Shown here: positions 35,723-50,941 of the stretch, one piece after another | Layout of the letters: every line of letters begins with the position of its first letter | Numbering within the stretch: position 1 is the stretch's first letter | Position numbers and translations under genes: made by a program | Assembly (NCBI RefSeq): GCF_022045235.1 | Contig: NW_027266330.1 | Location: 31,620,001-31,684,000 of the forward strand | DNA length: 64,000 bases | Source of the DNA: Haliotis cracherodii | Taxonomy: Eukaryota | Direction: 5' to 3' | The notes under the pieces: generated by a model | The model's input: the letters and a program-made list of their open reading frames with translations, nothing else | Database searches by the model: none | Told to the model about the DNA's origin: nothing

Positions 35723-37636
35723 GAGAAATCACAAGTCCCATCCACATCAACTAGTGCTGCATTTACCTTGTTATTCATTTTTTGTTATTGTACACAAATG
35801 TTGCCTGACAGTGTGCAAAGGGCATCCTATTATATTGTAAACCACATTTGTTTGTTGATGAATATGCTGAGGAAATAAATAATGAAGTCGATATTATAAT
35901 CTTGATCATTTGCTGACACGCTCACGACATCTTGAAGACATCATTCGTATAGAAAGTTTGTGAGAGAGAGAGAGAGAAAAGGTTAATTTGAGATGGTATC
36001 TCACAATACCAAGCCTTCCATCATTTTACTTGGTTCTGAGTATGGCAATCATTCGAAGATATCGTCCTTAATCTATTCTTTGAAATAGGAAAAGATACAG
36101 ACTAATCAATTGAAATGAAACACGTTAGGTATTGATGGAGAAGAGATTCCAATGTAATGGTTGCACCATAACATTATATACAGTTTGGAGCGTTGCAATT
36201 CGTTTGCCCGTATCCATGCCGATCCTATAGCAAAAGGATTTAGACAGACGAACCACAACCCCATATGATATTCATCTGAGAGAGATATATGCCAGGTGGA
36301 ATTTCATTTTATCAGAGCATTTAATTGTTTCTCTTTCCTTTTGAAATGTACATGCCCAAGTGCTTAAGGAGAGAGTCATACATGTTAAAAAGTGTCAATG
36401 CATACAGCATGCAAAACAAAAGGAAATTGAAACATTGACATCAACACAGGCCAAATAACATTTTTGATCCAAGTCAGCACTTGATGAATACTATTCCCCT
36501 GAAAGCACTAAAAAGTAAAGATCAGAATATCCTGACATGAAACAGTGGGCATCTTTCAAAAACAATGCTAACAACGTGCTTATGTATATCTAGCAACATA
36601 CTCCAATTTCCATCATGTGCTTTAACAGCATTCTGTATTCAAAGATATAAATCATGACACCGTGCTTTGTAATTCTCCCCAAAACATGACAGTTATACAC
36701 TGAAGATGATGTCTCTAGATCATTTAACACACATAAACTTTATTGTACATGCCTATTTATTTATTTATATAGTAACCTTTTAAGTACCCGACGTCCACCC
36801 AAAAGCTTCTAAGATGGTAAATATCCAGATACTTAAGCCAAATGAGCTGCTTCAATTATACCATGATGATGGTATTCATCAAAAATAGTATTTGAAATGC
36901 TTCAAAACATACGTGCTGTATTTCGATCATGTAAGACGGGTTGGGAAAATGGTCAGATTAACATAGCATTTACGACCTCAAACAGATGTGTACAATAAGT
37001 TCCAGATTTGACTGTACATGTCTTCACTTTGCCTTTGCCTACCTGATTAAGGATTTTTTAGGATTGTGGACATGGTTTTCTCGGGGTTTTTAATTGAAAC
37101 TAAACGTTCAGAGAAGCATCAGACGATTTCCAAGCTGATAGAAGTTTCTGTGACTTGGTTTCTGTGGAAGCGAAAGTAACCACATCGGATTTTTAAGTAA
37201 CACAATGTACTGCACCGTTTGATCAATCCCGATTTAATCAATTAACAATGATTGATAATCCCTGGAGATAACAGGACTAGATTGGTTGAACTCTTCTCAG
37301 ACCTCTCCCTTTATACGGAAACTTGTTTTGACAAGAAGTTGATTGGTTTCTCAAGTGGACAGTGAGATTCCTTTCGGATCAAAGCCTAATGAAGTTGTAG
37401 TGTAGCTTTGATCTCGCCACTGGCTTCGAAAATGCTCTCTTTGATCTATAAATCTCTACTACTATGTTTATACTAAGGGTCAGTATAAATGTTTTGCACG
37501 GACTGGAGTCCTTCACTGCATCTCAATCCGTGAGAACGAACACATCTACTTTCCAATTATCTAAATTTGGCGCTACTGAATTCCTGTAGTATTACATCCG
37601 ACTGCATTCTAGTGTTGTGTCCGAAGGCCCTAGAAC

Positions 37637-38258
37637 ATGGATCCAGTTCAAGTTGCCATCAAGCTGAGACGACTCCTTATTGCCCACGACAATGCAGTGA
37701 AAGAGATCCTGACATTAGGTAAATATGAACTGTGCTTTTTTTCAGTCCCCTGCAAACATTGCAATATCGGTATCACACTGAATTTTAGAATTGAACAAAA
37801 TAAAATGATATTGTTGTGAACACATTTACCGAGATTTCTAATTACCCGTTTTATTGTTTTCAGATACCCAAGTCTACCATCTGATGCGGAAGATGACAGC
37901 CAACTCCTCCAACAACTGCATAATCCGAGGTGAACAGCTGATCCAGAGACGATGGGTGCTGGAAGGTGTCAAGGAGATGTTTACCATCTACAGACAACTC
38001 AAGTGGCAAGAGGTGCAAGCCTGTGTAAACGCCATCACCAAAGATGCTTCTGGAGAGAGTGATTCGGAGGCGGACTGGAATGGAGATACCTCTTTCAATG
38101 ACGATGAAGCTTCCTTCACGGAACTCTTGTCCGACAGCTCATATAGTGAGGACGACGAAGACCAGGGAGACCTATACAGCAACGACAGCAGCTACGATAT
38201 GACGACTCTCAGTCGAGCTTTGTCTGTAGACGACAGTGCACTTCATAGAAACGCCTAA
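37637..38258 (+). CDS. Array gene copy, 158 aa (intron 37719-37863)
   Basis: Same structure as the 9008 copy. Confidence 0.88.
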
Positions 38259-40172
38259 GAGAAATCACAAGTCCCATCCACATCAACTAGTGCTGCATTT
38301 ACCTTGTTATTCATTTTTTGTTATTGTACACAAATGTTGCCTGACAGTGTGCAAAGGGCATCCTATTATATTGTAAACCACATTTGTTTGTTGATGAATA
38401 TGCTGAGGAAATAAATAATGAAGTCGATATTATAATCTTGATCATTTGCTGACACGCTCACGACATCTTGAAGACATCATTCGTATAGAAAGTTTGTGAG
38501 AGAGAGAGAGAGAAAAGGTTAATTTGAGATGGTATCTCACAATACCAAGCCTTCCATCATTTTACTTGGTTCTGAGTATGGCAATCATTCGAAGATATCG
38601 TCCTTAATCTATTCTTTGAAATAGGAAAAGATACAGACTAATCAATTGAAATGAAACACGTTAGGTATTGATGGAGAAGAGATTCCAATGTAATGGTTGC
38701 ACCATAACATTATATACAGTTTGGAGCGTTGCAATTCGTTTGCCCGTATCCATGCCGATCCTATAGCAAAAGGATTTAGACAGACGAACCACAACCCCAT
38801 ATGATATTCATCTGAGAGAGATATATGCCAGGTGGAATTTCATTTTATCAGAGCATTTAATTGTTTCTCTTTCCTTTTGAAATGTACATGCCCAAGTGCT
38901 TAAGGAGAGAGTCATACATGTTAAAAAGTGTCAATGCATACAGCATGCAAAACAAAAGGAAATTGAAACATTGACATCAACACAGGCCAAATAACATTTT
39001 TGATCCAAGTCAGCACTTGATGAATACTATTCCCCTGAAAGCACTAAAAAGTAAAGATCAGAATATCCTGACATGAAACAGTGGGCATCTTTCAAAAACA
39101 ATGCTAACAACGTGCTTATGTATATCTAGCAACATACTCCAATTTCCATCATGTGCTTTAACAGCATTCTGTATTCAAAGATATAAATCATGACACCGTG
39201 CTTTGTAATTCTCCCCAAAACATGACAGTTATACACTGAAGATGATGTCTCTAGATCATTTAACACACATAAACTTTATTGTACATGCCTATTTATTTAT
39301 TTATATAGTAACCTTTTAAGTACCCGACGTCCACCCAAAAGCTTCTAAGATGGTAAATATCCAGATACTTAAGCCAAATGAGCTGCTTCAATTATACCAT
39401 GATGATGGTATTCATCAAAAATAGTATTTGAAATGCTTCAAAACATACGTGCTGTATTTCGATCATGTAAGACGGGTTGGGAAAATGGTCAGATTAACAT
39501 AGCATTTACGACCTCAAACAGATGTGTACAATAAGTTCCAGATTTGACTGTACATGTCTTCACTTTGCCTTTGCCTACCTGATTAAGGATTTTTTAGGAT
39601 TGTGGACATGTTTTTCTCGGGGTTTTTAATTGAAACTAAACGTTCAGAGAAGCATCAGACGATTTCCAAGCTGATAGAAGTTTCTGTGACTTGGTTTCTG
39701 TGGAAGCGAAAGTAACCACATCGGATTTTTAAGTAATACAATGTACTGCACCGTTTGATCAATCCCGATTTAATCAATTAACAATGATTGATAATCCCTG
39801 GAGATAACAGGACTAGATTGGTTGAACTCTTCTCAGACCTCTCCCTTTATACGGAAACTTGTTTTGACAAGAAGTTGTTTGGTTTCTCAAGTGGACAGTG
39901 AGATTCCTTTCGGATCAAAGCCGAATGAAGTTGTAGTGTAGCTTTGATCTCGCCACTGGCTTCGAAAATGCTCTCTTTGATCTATAAATCTCTACTACTA
40001 TGTTTATACTAAGGGTCAGTATAAATGTTTTGCACGGACTGGAGTCCTTCACTGCATCTCAATCCGTGAGAACGAACACATCTACTTTCCAATTATCTAA
40101 ATTTGGCGCTACTGAATTCCTGTAGTATTACATCCGACTGCATTCTAGTGTTGTGTCCGAAGGCCCTAGAAC

Positions 40173-40794
40173 ATGGATCCAGTTCAAGTTGCCATCAAGC
40201 TGAGACGACTCCTTATTGCCCACGACAATGCAGTGAAAGAGATCCTGACATTAGGTAAATATGAACTGTGCTCTTTTTCAGTCCCCTGCAAACATTGCAA
40301 TATCGGTATCACACTGAATTTTAGAATTGAACAAAATAAAATGATATTGTTGTGAACACATTTACCGAGATTTCTAATTACCCGTTTTATTGTTTTCAGA
40401 TACCCAAGTCTACCATCTGATGCGGAAGATGACAGGCAACTCCTCCAACAACTGCATAATCCGAGGTGAACAGCTGATCCAGAGACGATGGGTGCTGGAA
40501 GGTGTCAAGGAGATGTTTACCATCTACAGACAACTCAAGTGGCAAGAGGTGCAAGCCTGTGTAAACGCCATCACCAAAGATGCTTCTGGAGAGAGTGATT
40601 CGGAGGCGGACTGGAATGGAGATACCTCTTTCAATGACGATGAAGCTTCCTTCACGGAACTCTTGTCCGACAGCTCATATAGTGAGGACGACGAAGACCA
40701 GGGAGACCTATACAGCAACGACAGCAGCTACGATATGACGACTCTCAGTCGAGCTTTGTCTGTAGACGACAGTGCACTTCATAGAAACGCCTAA
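40173..40794 (+). CDS. Array gene copy, A40G (intron 40255-40399)
   Basis: Same structure. Confidence 0.88.
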
Positions 40795-42708
40795 GAGAAA
40801 TCACAAGTCCCATCCACATCAACTAGTGCTGCATTTACCTTGTTATTCATTTTTTGTTATTGTACACAAATGTTGCCTGACAGTGTGCAAAGGGCATCCT
40901 ATTATATTGTAAACCACATTTGTTTGTTGATGAATATGCTGAGGAAATAAATAATGAAGTCGATATTATAATCTTGATCATTTGCTGACACGCTCACGAC
41001 ATCTTGAAGACATCATTCGTATAGAAAGTTTGTGAGAGAGAGAGAGAGAAAAGGTTAATTTGAGATGGTATCTCACAATACCAAGCCTTCCATCATTTTA
41101 CTTGGTTCTGAGTATGGCAATCATTCGAAGATATCGTCCTTAATCTATTCTTTGAAATAGGAAAAGATACAGACTAATCAATTGAAATGAAACACGTTAG
41201 GTATTGATGGAGAAGAGATTCCAATGTAATGGTTGCACCATAACATTATATACAGTTTGGAGCGTTGCAATTCGTTTGCCCGTATCCATGCCGATCCTAT
41301 AGCAAAAGGATTTAGACAGACGAACCACAACCCCATATGATATTCATCTGAGAGAGATATATGCCAGGTGGAATTTCATTTTATCAGAGCATTTAATTGT
41401 TTCTCTTTCCTTTTGAAATGTACATGCCCAAGTGCTTAAGGAGAGAGTCATACATGTTAAAAAGTGTCAATGCATACAGCATGCAAAACAAAAGGAAATT
41501 GAAACATTGACATCAACACAGGCCAAATAACATTTTTGATCCAAGTCAGCACTTGATGAATACTATTCCCCTGAAAGCACTAAAAAGTAAAGATCAGAAT
41601 ATCCTGACATGAAACAGTGGGCATCTTTCAAAAACAATGCTAACAACGTGCTTATGTATATCTAGCAACATACTCCAATTTCCATCATGTGCTTTAACAG
41701 CATTCTGTATTCAAAGATATAAATCATGACACCGTGCTTTGTAATTCTCCCCAAAACATGACAGTTATACACTGAAGATGATGTCTCTAGATCATTTAAC
41801 ACACATAAACTTTATTGTACATGCCTATTTATTTATTTATATAGTAACCTTTTAAGTACCCGACGTCCACCCAAAAGCTTCTAAGATGGTAAATATCCAG
41901 ATACTTAAGCCAAATGAGCTGCTTCAATTATACCATGATGATGGTATTCATCAAAAATAGTATTTGAAATGCTTCAAAACATACGTGCTGTATTTCGATC
42001 ATGTAAGACGGGTTGGGAAAATGCTCAGATTAACATAGCATTTACGACCTCAAACAGATGTGTACAATAAGTTCCAGATTTGACTGTACATGTCTTCACT
42101 TTGCCTTTGCCTACCTGATTAAGGATTTTTTAGGATTGTGGACATGTTTTTCTCGGGGTTTTTAATTGAAACTAAACGTTCAGAGAAGCATCAGACGATT
42201 TCCAAGCTGATAGAAGTTTCTGTGACTTGGTTTCTGTGGAAGCGAAAGTAACCACATCGGATTTTTAAGTAACACAATGTACTGCACCGTTTGATCAATC
42301 CCGATTTAATCAATTAACAATGATTGATAATCCCTGGAGATAACAGGACTAGATTGGTTGAACTCTTCTCAGACCTCTCCCTTTATACGGAAACTTGTTT
42401 TGACAAGAAGTTGTTTGGTTTCTCAAGTGGACAGTGAGATTCCTTTCGGATCAAAGCCGAATGAAGTTGTAGTGTAGCTTTGATCTCGCCACTGGCTTCG
42501 AAAATGCTCTCTTTGATCTATAAATCTCTACTACTATGTTTATACTAAGGGTCAGTATAAATGTTTTGCACGGACTGGAGTCCTTCACTGCATCTCAATC
42601 CGTGAGAACGAACACATCTACTTTCCAATTATCTAAATTTGGCGCTACTGAATTCCTGTAGTATTACATCCGACTGCATTCTAGTGTTGTGTCCGAAGGC
42701 CCTAGAAC

Positions 42709-43330
42709 ATGGATCCAGTTCAAGTTGCCATCAAGCTGAGACGACTCCTTATTGCCCACGACAATGCAGTGAAAGAGATCCTGACATTAGGTAAATATGA
42801 ACTGTGCTCTTTTTCAGTCCCCTGCAAACATTGCAATATCGGTATCACACTGAATTTTAGAATTGAACAAAATAAAATGATATTGTTGTGAACACATTTA
42901 CCGAGATTTCTAATTACCCGTTTTATTGTTTTCAGATACCCAAGTCTACCATCTGATGCGGAAGATGACAGGCAACTCCTCCAACAACTGCATAATCCGA
43001 GGTGAACAGCTGATCCAGAGACGATGGGTGCTGGAAGGTGTCAAGGAGATGTTTACCATCTACAGACAACTCAAGTGGCAAGAGGTGCAAGCCTGTGTAA
43101 ACGCCATCACCAAAGATGCTTCTGGAGAGAGTGATTCGGAGGCGGACTGGAATGGAGATACCTCTTTCAATGACGATGAAGCTTCCTTCACGGAACTCTT
43201 GTCCGACAGCTCATATAGTGAGGACGACGAAGACCAGGGAGACCTATACAGCAACGACAGCAGCTACGATATGACGACTCTCAGTCGAGCTTTGTCTGTA
43301 GACGACAGTGCACTTCATAGAAACGCCTAA
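42709..43330 (+). CDS. Array gene copy, A40G (intron 42791-42935)
   Basis: Same structure. Confidence 0.88.
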
Positions 43331-45244
43331 GAGAAATCACAAGTCCCATCCACATCAACTAGTGCTGCATTTACCTTGTTATTCATTTTTTGTTATTGTA
43401 CACAAATGTTGCCTGACAGTGTGCAAAGGGCATCCTATTATATTGTAAACCACATTTGTTTGTTGATGAATATGCTGAGGAAATAAATAATGAAGTCGAT
43501 ATTATAATCTTGATCATTTGCTGACACGCTCACGACATCTTGAAGACATCATTCGTATAGAAAGTTTGTGAGAGAGAGAGAGAGAAAAGGTTAATTTGAG
43601 ATGGTATCTCACAATACCAAGCCTTCCATCATTTTACTTGGTTCTGAGTATGGCAATCATTCGAAGATATCGTCCTTAATCTATTCTTTGAAATAGGAAA
43701 AGATACAGACTAATCAATTGAAATGAAACACGTTAGGTATTGATGGAGAAGAGATTCCAATGTAATGGTTGCACCATAACATTAAATACAGTTTGGAGCG
43801 TTGCAATTCGTTTGCCCGTATCCATGCCGATCCTATAGCAAAAGGATTTAGACAGACGAACCACAACCCCATATGATATTCATCTGAGAGAGATATATGC
43901 CAGGTGGAATTTCATTTTATCAGAGCATTTAATTGTTTCTCTTTCCTTTTGAAATGTACATGCCCAAGTGCTTAAGGAGAGAGTCATACATGTTAAAAAG
44001 TGTCAATGCATACAGCATGCAAAACAAAAGGAAATTGAAACATTGACATCAACACAGGCCAAATAACATTTTTGATCCAAGTCAGCACTTGATGAATACT
44101 ATTCCCCTGAAAGCACTAAAAAGTAAAGATCAGAATATCCTGACATGAAACAGTGGGCATCTTTCAAAAACAATGCTAACAACGTGCTTATGTATATCTA
44201 GCAACATACTCCAATTTCCATCATGTGCTTTAACAGCATTCTGTATTCAAAGATATAAATCATGACACCGTGCTTTGTAATTCTCCCCAAAACATGACAG
44301 TTATACACTGAAGATGATGTCTCTAGATCATTTAACACACATAAACTTTATTGTACATGCCTATTTATTTATTTATATAGTAACCTTTTAAGTACCCGAC
44401 GTCCACCCAAAAGCTTCTAAGATGGTAAATATCCAGATACTTAAGCCAAATGAGCTGCTTCAATTATACCATGATGATGGTATTCATCAAAAATAGTATT
44501 TGAAATGCTTCAAAACATACGTGCTGTATTTCGATCATGTAAGACGGGTTGGGAAAATGCTCAGATTAACATAGCATTTACGACCTCAAACAGATGTGTA
44601 CAATAAGTTCCAGATTTGACTGTACATGTCTTCACTTTGCCTTTGCCTACCTGATTAAGGATTTTTTAGGATTGTGGACATGTTTTTCTCGGGGTTTTTA
44701 ATTGAAACTAAACGTTCAGAGAAGCATCAGACGATTTCCAAGCTGATAGAAGTTTCTGTGACTTGGTTTCTGTGGAAGCGAAAGTAACCACATCGGATTT
44801 TTAAGTAACACAATGTACTGCACCGTTTGATCAATCCCGATTTAATCAATTAACAATGATTGATAATCCCTGGAGATAACAGGACTAGATTGGTTGAACT
44901 CTTCTCAGACCTCTCCCTTTATACGGAAACTTGTTTTGACAAGAAGTTGTTTGGTTTCTCAAGTGGACAGTGAGATTCCTTTCGGATCAAAGCCGAATGA
45001 AGTTGTAGTGTAGCTTTGATCTCGCCACTGGCTTCGAAAATGCTCTCTTTGATCTATAAATCTCTACTACTATGTTTATACTAAGGGTCAGTATAAATGT
45101 TTTGCACGGACTGGAGTCCTTCACTGCATCTCAATCCGTGAGAACGAACACATCTACTTTCCAATTATCTAAATTTGGCGCTACTGAATTCCTGTAGTAT
45201 TACATCCGACTGCATTCTAGTGTTGTGTCCGAAGGCCCTAGAAC

Positions 45245-45866
45245 ATGGATCCAGTTCAAGTTGCCATCAAGCTGAGACGACTCCTTATTGCCCACGACAA
45301 TGCAGTGAAAGAGATCCTGACATTAGGTAAATATGAACTGTGCTCTTTTTCAGTCCCCTGCAAACATTGCAATATCGGTATCACACTGAATTTTAGAATT
45401 GAACAAAATAAAATGATATTGTTGTGAACACATTTACCGAGATTTCTAATTACCCGTTTTATTGTTTTCAGATACCCAAGTCTACCATCTGATGCGGAAG
45501 ATGACAGGCAACTCCTCCAACAACTGCATAATCCGAGGTGAACAGCTGATCCAGAGACGATGGGTGCTGGAAGGTGTCAAGGAGATGTTTACCATCTACA
45601 GACAACTCAAGTGGCAAGAGGTGCAAGCCTGTGTAAACGCCATCACCAAAGATGCTTCTGGAGAGAGTGATTCGGAGGCGGACTGGAATGGAGATACCTC
45701 TTTCAATGACGATGAAGCTTCCTTCACGGAACTCTTGTCCGACAGCTCATATAGTGAGGACGACGAAGACCAGGGAGACCTATACAGCAACGACAGCAGC
45801 TACGATATGACGACTCTCAGTCGAGCTTTGTCTGTAGACGACAGTGCACTTCATAGAAACGCCTAA
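45245..45866 (+). CDS. Array gene copy, A40G (intron 45327-45471)
   Basis: Same structure. Confidence 0.88.
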
Positions 45867-47780
45867 GAGAAATCACAAGTCCCATCCACATCAACTAGTG
45901 CTGCATTTACCTTGTTATTCATTTTTTGTTATTGTACACAAATGTTGCCTGACAGTGTGCAAAGGGCATCCTATTATATTGTAAACCACATTTGTTTGTT
46001 GATGAATATGCTGAGGAAATAAATAATGAAGTCGATATTATAATCTTGATCATTTGCTGACACGCTCACGACATCTTGAAGACATCATTCGTATAGAAAG
46101 TTTGTGAGAGAGAGAGAGAGAAAAGGTTAATTTGAGATGGTATCTCACAATACCAAGCCTTCGATCATTTTACTTGGTTCTGAGTATGGCAATCATTCGA
46201 AGATATCGTCCTTAATCTATTCTTTGAAATAGGAAAAGATACAGACTAATCAATTGAAATGAAACACGTTAGGTATTGATGGAGAAGAGATTCCAATGTA
46301 ATGGTTGCACCATAACATTAAATACAGTTTGGAGCGTTGCAATTCGTTTGCCCGTATCCATGCCGATCCTATAGCAAAAGGATTTAGACAGACGAACCAC
46401 AACCCCATATGATATTCATCTGAGAGAGATATATGCCAGGTGGAATTTCATATTATCAGAGCATTTAATTGTTTCTCTTTCCTTTTGAAATGTACATGCC
46501 CAAGTGCTTAAGGAGAGAGTCATGCATGTTAAAAAGTGTCAATGCATACAGCATGCAAAACAAAAGGAAATTGAAACATTGACATCAACACAGGCCAAAT
46601 ATCATTTTTGATCCAAGTCAGCACTTGATGAATACTATTCCCCTGAAAGCACTAAAAAGTAAAGATCAGAATATCCTGACATGAAACAGTAGGCATCTTT
46701 CAAAAACAATGCTAACAACGTGCTTATGTTTATCTAGCAACATACTCCAATTTCCATCATGTGCTTTAACAGCATTCTGTATTCAAAGATATAAATCATG
46801 ACACCGTGCTTTGTAATTCTCCCCAAAACATGACAGTTATACACTGAAGATGATGTCTCTAGATCATTTAACACACATAAACTTTATTGTACATGCCTAT
46901 TTATTTATTTATATAGTAACCTTTCAACTACCCGACGTCCACCCAAAAGCTTCTAAGATGGTAAATATCCAGATACTTAAGCCAAATGAGCTGCTTCAAT
47001 TATACCATGATGATGGTATTCATCAAAAATAGTATTTGAAATGCTTCAAAACATACGTTCTGTATTTCAATCATGTAAGACTGGTTGGGAAAATGGTCAG
47101 ATTAACATAGCATTTACGACCTCAAACAGATGTGTACAATAAGTTCCAGATTTGACTGTACATGTCTTCACTTTGCCTTTGCCTACCTGATTAAGGATTT
47201 TTTAGGATTGTGGACATGGTTTTCTCGGCTTTTTTAATTGAAACTAAACGTTCAGAGAAGCATCAGACGATTTCCAAGCTGATAGAAGTTTCTGTGACTT
47301 GGTTTCTGTGGAAGCGAAAGTAACCACATCGGATTTTTAAGTAACACAATGTACTGCACCGTTTGATCAATCCCGATTTAATCAATTAACAATGATTGAT
47401 AATCCCTGGAGATAACAGGACTAGATTGGTTGAACTCTTCTCAGACCTCTCCCTTTATACGGAAACTTGTTTTGACAAGAAGTTGATTGGTTTCTCAAGT
47501 GGACAGTGAGATTCCTTTCGGATCAAAGCCGAATGAAGTTGTAGTGTAGCTTTGATCTCGCCACTGGCTTCGAAAATGCTCTCTTTGATCTATAAATCTC
47601 TACTACTATGTTTATACTAAGGGTCAGTATAAATGTTTTGCACGGACTGGAGTCCTTCACTGCATCTCAATCCGTGAGAACGAACACATCTACTTTCCAA
47701 TTATCTAAATTTGGCGCTACTGAATTCCTGTAGTATTACATCCGACTGCATTCTAGTGTTGTGTCCGAAGGCCCTAGAAC

Positions 47781-48402
47781 ATGGATCCAGTTCAAGTTGC
47801 CATCAAGCTGAGACGACTCCTTATTGCCCACGACAATGCAGTGAAAGAGATCCTGACATTAGGTAAATATGAACTGTGCTCTTTTTCAGTCCCCTGCAAA
47901 CATTGCAATATCGGTATCACACTGAATTTTAGAATTGAACAAAATAAAATGATATTGTTGTGAACACATTTACCGAGATTTCTAATTACCCGTTTTATTG
48001 TTTTCAGATACCCAAGTCTACCATCTGATGCGGAAGATGACAGGCAACTCCTCCAACAACTGCATAATCCGAGGTGAACAGCTGATCCAGAGACGATGGG
48101 TGCTGGAAGGTGTCAAGGAGATGTTTACCATCTACAGACAACTCAAGTGGCAAGAGGTGCAAGCCTGTGTAAACGCCATCACCAAAGATGCTTCTGGAGA
48201 GAGTGATTCGGAGGCGGACTGGAATGGAGATACCTCTTTCAATGACGATGAAGCTTCCTTCACGGAACTCTTGTCCGACAGCTCATATAGTGAGGACGAC
48301 GAAGACCAGGGAGACCTATACAGCAACGACAGCAGCTACGATATGACGACTCTCAGTCGAGCTTTGTCTGTAGACGACAGTGCACTTCATAGAAACGCCT
48401 AA
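47781..48402 (+). CDS. Array gene copy, A40G (intron 47863-48007)
   Basis: Same structure. Confidence 0.88.
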
Positions 48403-50319
48403 GAGAAATCACAAGTCCCATCCACATCAACTAGTGCTGCATTTACCTTGTTATTCATTTTTTGTTATTGTACACAAATGTTGCCTGACAGTGTGCAAAG
48501 GGCATCCTATTATATTGTAAACCACATTTGTTTGTTGATGAATATGCTGAGGAAATAAATAATGAAGTCGATATTATAATCTTGATCATTTGCTGACACG
48601 CTCACGACATCTTGAAGACATCATTCGTATAGAAAGTTTGTGTGAGAGAGAGAGAGAAAAGGTTAATTTGAGATGGTATCTCACAAAACCAAGCCTTCCA
48701 TCATTTTACTTGGTTCTGAGTATGGCAATCATTCGCAGATATCGTCCTTAATCTATTCTTTGAAATAGGAAAAGATACAGACTAATCAATTGAAATGAAA
48801 CACATTAGGTATTGATGGAGAAGAAGAGATTCCAATGTAATGGTTGCACCATAACATTAAATACAGTTTGGAGCGTTGCAATTCGTTTGCCCGTATCCAT
48901 GCCGATCCTATAGCAAAAGGATTTAGACAGACGAACCACAACCCCATATGATATTCATCTGAGAGAGATATATGCCAGGTGGAATTTCATTTTATCAGAG
49001 CATTTAATTGTTTCTCTTTCCTTTTGAAATGTACATGCCCAAGTGCTTAAGGAGAGAGTCATACATGTTAAAAAGTGTCAATGCATACAGCATGCAAAAC
49101 AAAAGGAAATTGAAACATTGACATCAACACAGGCCAAATAACATTTTTGATCCAAGTCAGCACTTGATGAATACTATTCCCCTGAAAGCACTAAAAAGTA
49201 AAGATCAGAATATCCTGACATGAAACAGTAGGCATCTTTCAAAAACAATGCTAACAACGTGCTTATGTTTATCTAGCAACATACTCCAATTTCCATCATG
49301 TGCTTTAACAGCATTCTGTATTCAAAGATATAAATCATGACACCGTGCTTTGTAATTCTCCCCAAAACATGACAGTTATACACTGAAGATGATGTCTCTA
49401 GATCATTTAACACACATAAACTTTATTGTACATGCCTATTTATTTATTTATATAGTAACCTTTCAACTACCCGACGTCCACCCAAAAGCTTCTAAGATGG
49501 TAAATATCCAGATACTTAAGCCAAATGAGCTGCTTCAATTATACCATGATGATGGTATTCATCAAAAATAGTATTTGAAATGCTTCAAAACATACGTTCT
49601 GTATTTCAATCATGTAAGACTGGTTGGGAAAATGGTCAGATTAACATAGCATTTACGACCTCAAACAGATGTGTACAATAAGTTCCAGATTTGACTGTAC
49701 ATGTCTTCACTTTGCCTTTGCCTACCTGATTAAGGATTTTTTAGGATTGTGGACATGGTTTTCTCGGCTTTTTTAATTGAAACTAAACGTTCAGAGAAGC
49801 ATCAGACGATTTCCAAGCTGATAGAAGTTTCTGTGACTTGGTTTCTGTGGAAGCGAAAGTAACCACATCGGATTTTTAAGTAACACAATGTACTGCACCG
49901 TTTGATCAATCCCGATTTAATCAATTAACAATGATTGATAATCCCTGGAGATAACAGGACTAGATTGGTTGAACTCTTCTCAGACCTCTCCCTTTATACG
50001 GAAACTTGTTTTGACAAGAAGTTGATTGGTTTCTCAAGTGGACAGTGAGATTCCTTTCGGATCAAAGCCGAATGAAGTTGTAGTGTAGCTTTGATCTCGC
50101 CACTGGCTTCGAAAATGCTCTCTTTGATCTATAAATCTCTACTACTATGTTTATACTAAGGGTCAGTATAAATGTTTTGCACGGACTGGAGTCCTTCACT
50201 GCATCTCAATCCGTGAGAACGAACACATCTACTTTCCAATTATCTAAATTTGGCGCTACTGAATTCCTGTAGTATTACATCCGACTGCATTCTAGTGTTG
50301 TGTCCGAAGGCCCTAGAAC

Positions 50320-50941
50320 ATGGATCCAGTTCAAGTTGCCATCAAGCTGAGACGACTCCTTATTGCCCACGACAATGCAGTGAAAGAGATCCTGACATTA
50401 GGTAAATATGAACTGTGCTCTTTTTCAGTCCCCTGCAAACATTGCAATATCGGTATCACACTGAATTTTAGAATTGAACAAAATAAAATGATATTGTTGT
50501 GAACACATTTACCGAGATTTCTAATTACCCGTTTTATTGTTTTCAGATACCCAAGTCTACCATCTGATGCGGAAGATGACAGGCAACTCCTCCAACAACT
50601 GCATAATCCGAGGTGAACAGCTGATCCAGAGACGATGGGTGCTGGAAGGTGTCAAGGAGATGTTTACCATCTACAGACAACTCAAGTGGCAAGAGGTGCA
50701 AGCCTGTGTAAACGCCATCACCAAAGATGCTTCTGGAGAGAGTGATTCGGAGGCGGACTGGAATGGAGATACCTCTTTCAATGACGATGAAGCTTCCTTC
50801 ACGGAACTCTTGTCCGACAGCTCATATAGTGAGGACGACGAAGACCAGGGAGACCTATACAGCAACGACAGCAGCTACGATATGACGACTCTCAGTCGAG
50901 CTTTGTCTGTAGACGACAGTGCACTTCATAGAAACGCCTAA
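50320..50941 (+). CDS. Array gene copy, A40G (intron 50402-50546)
   Basis: Same structure. Confidence 0.88.

Noticed and set aside
46850-47032. 60-aa spacer ORF MMSLDH...
   Set aside because: Present in only four units through loss of a stop; AT-rich and not conserved.
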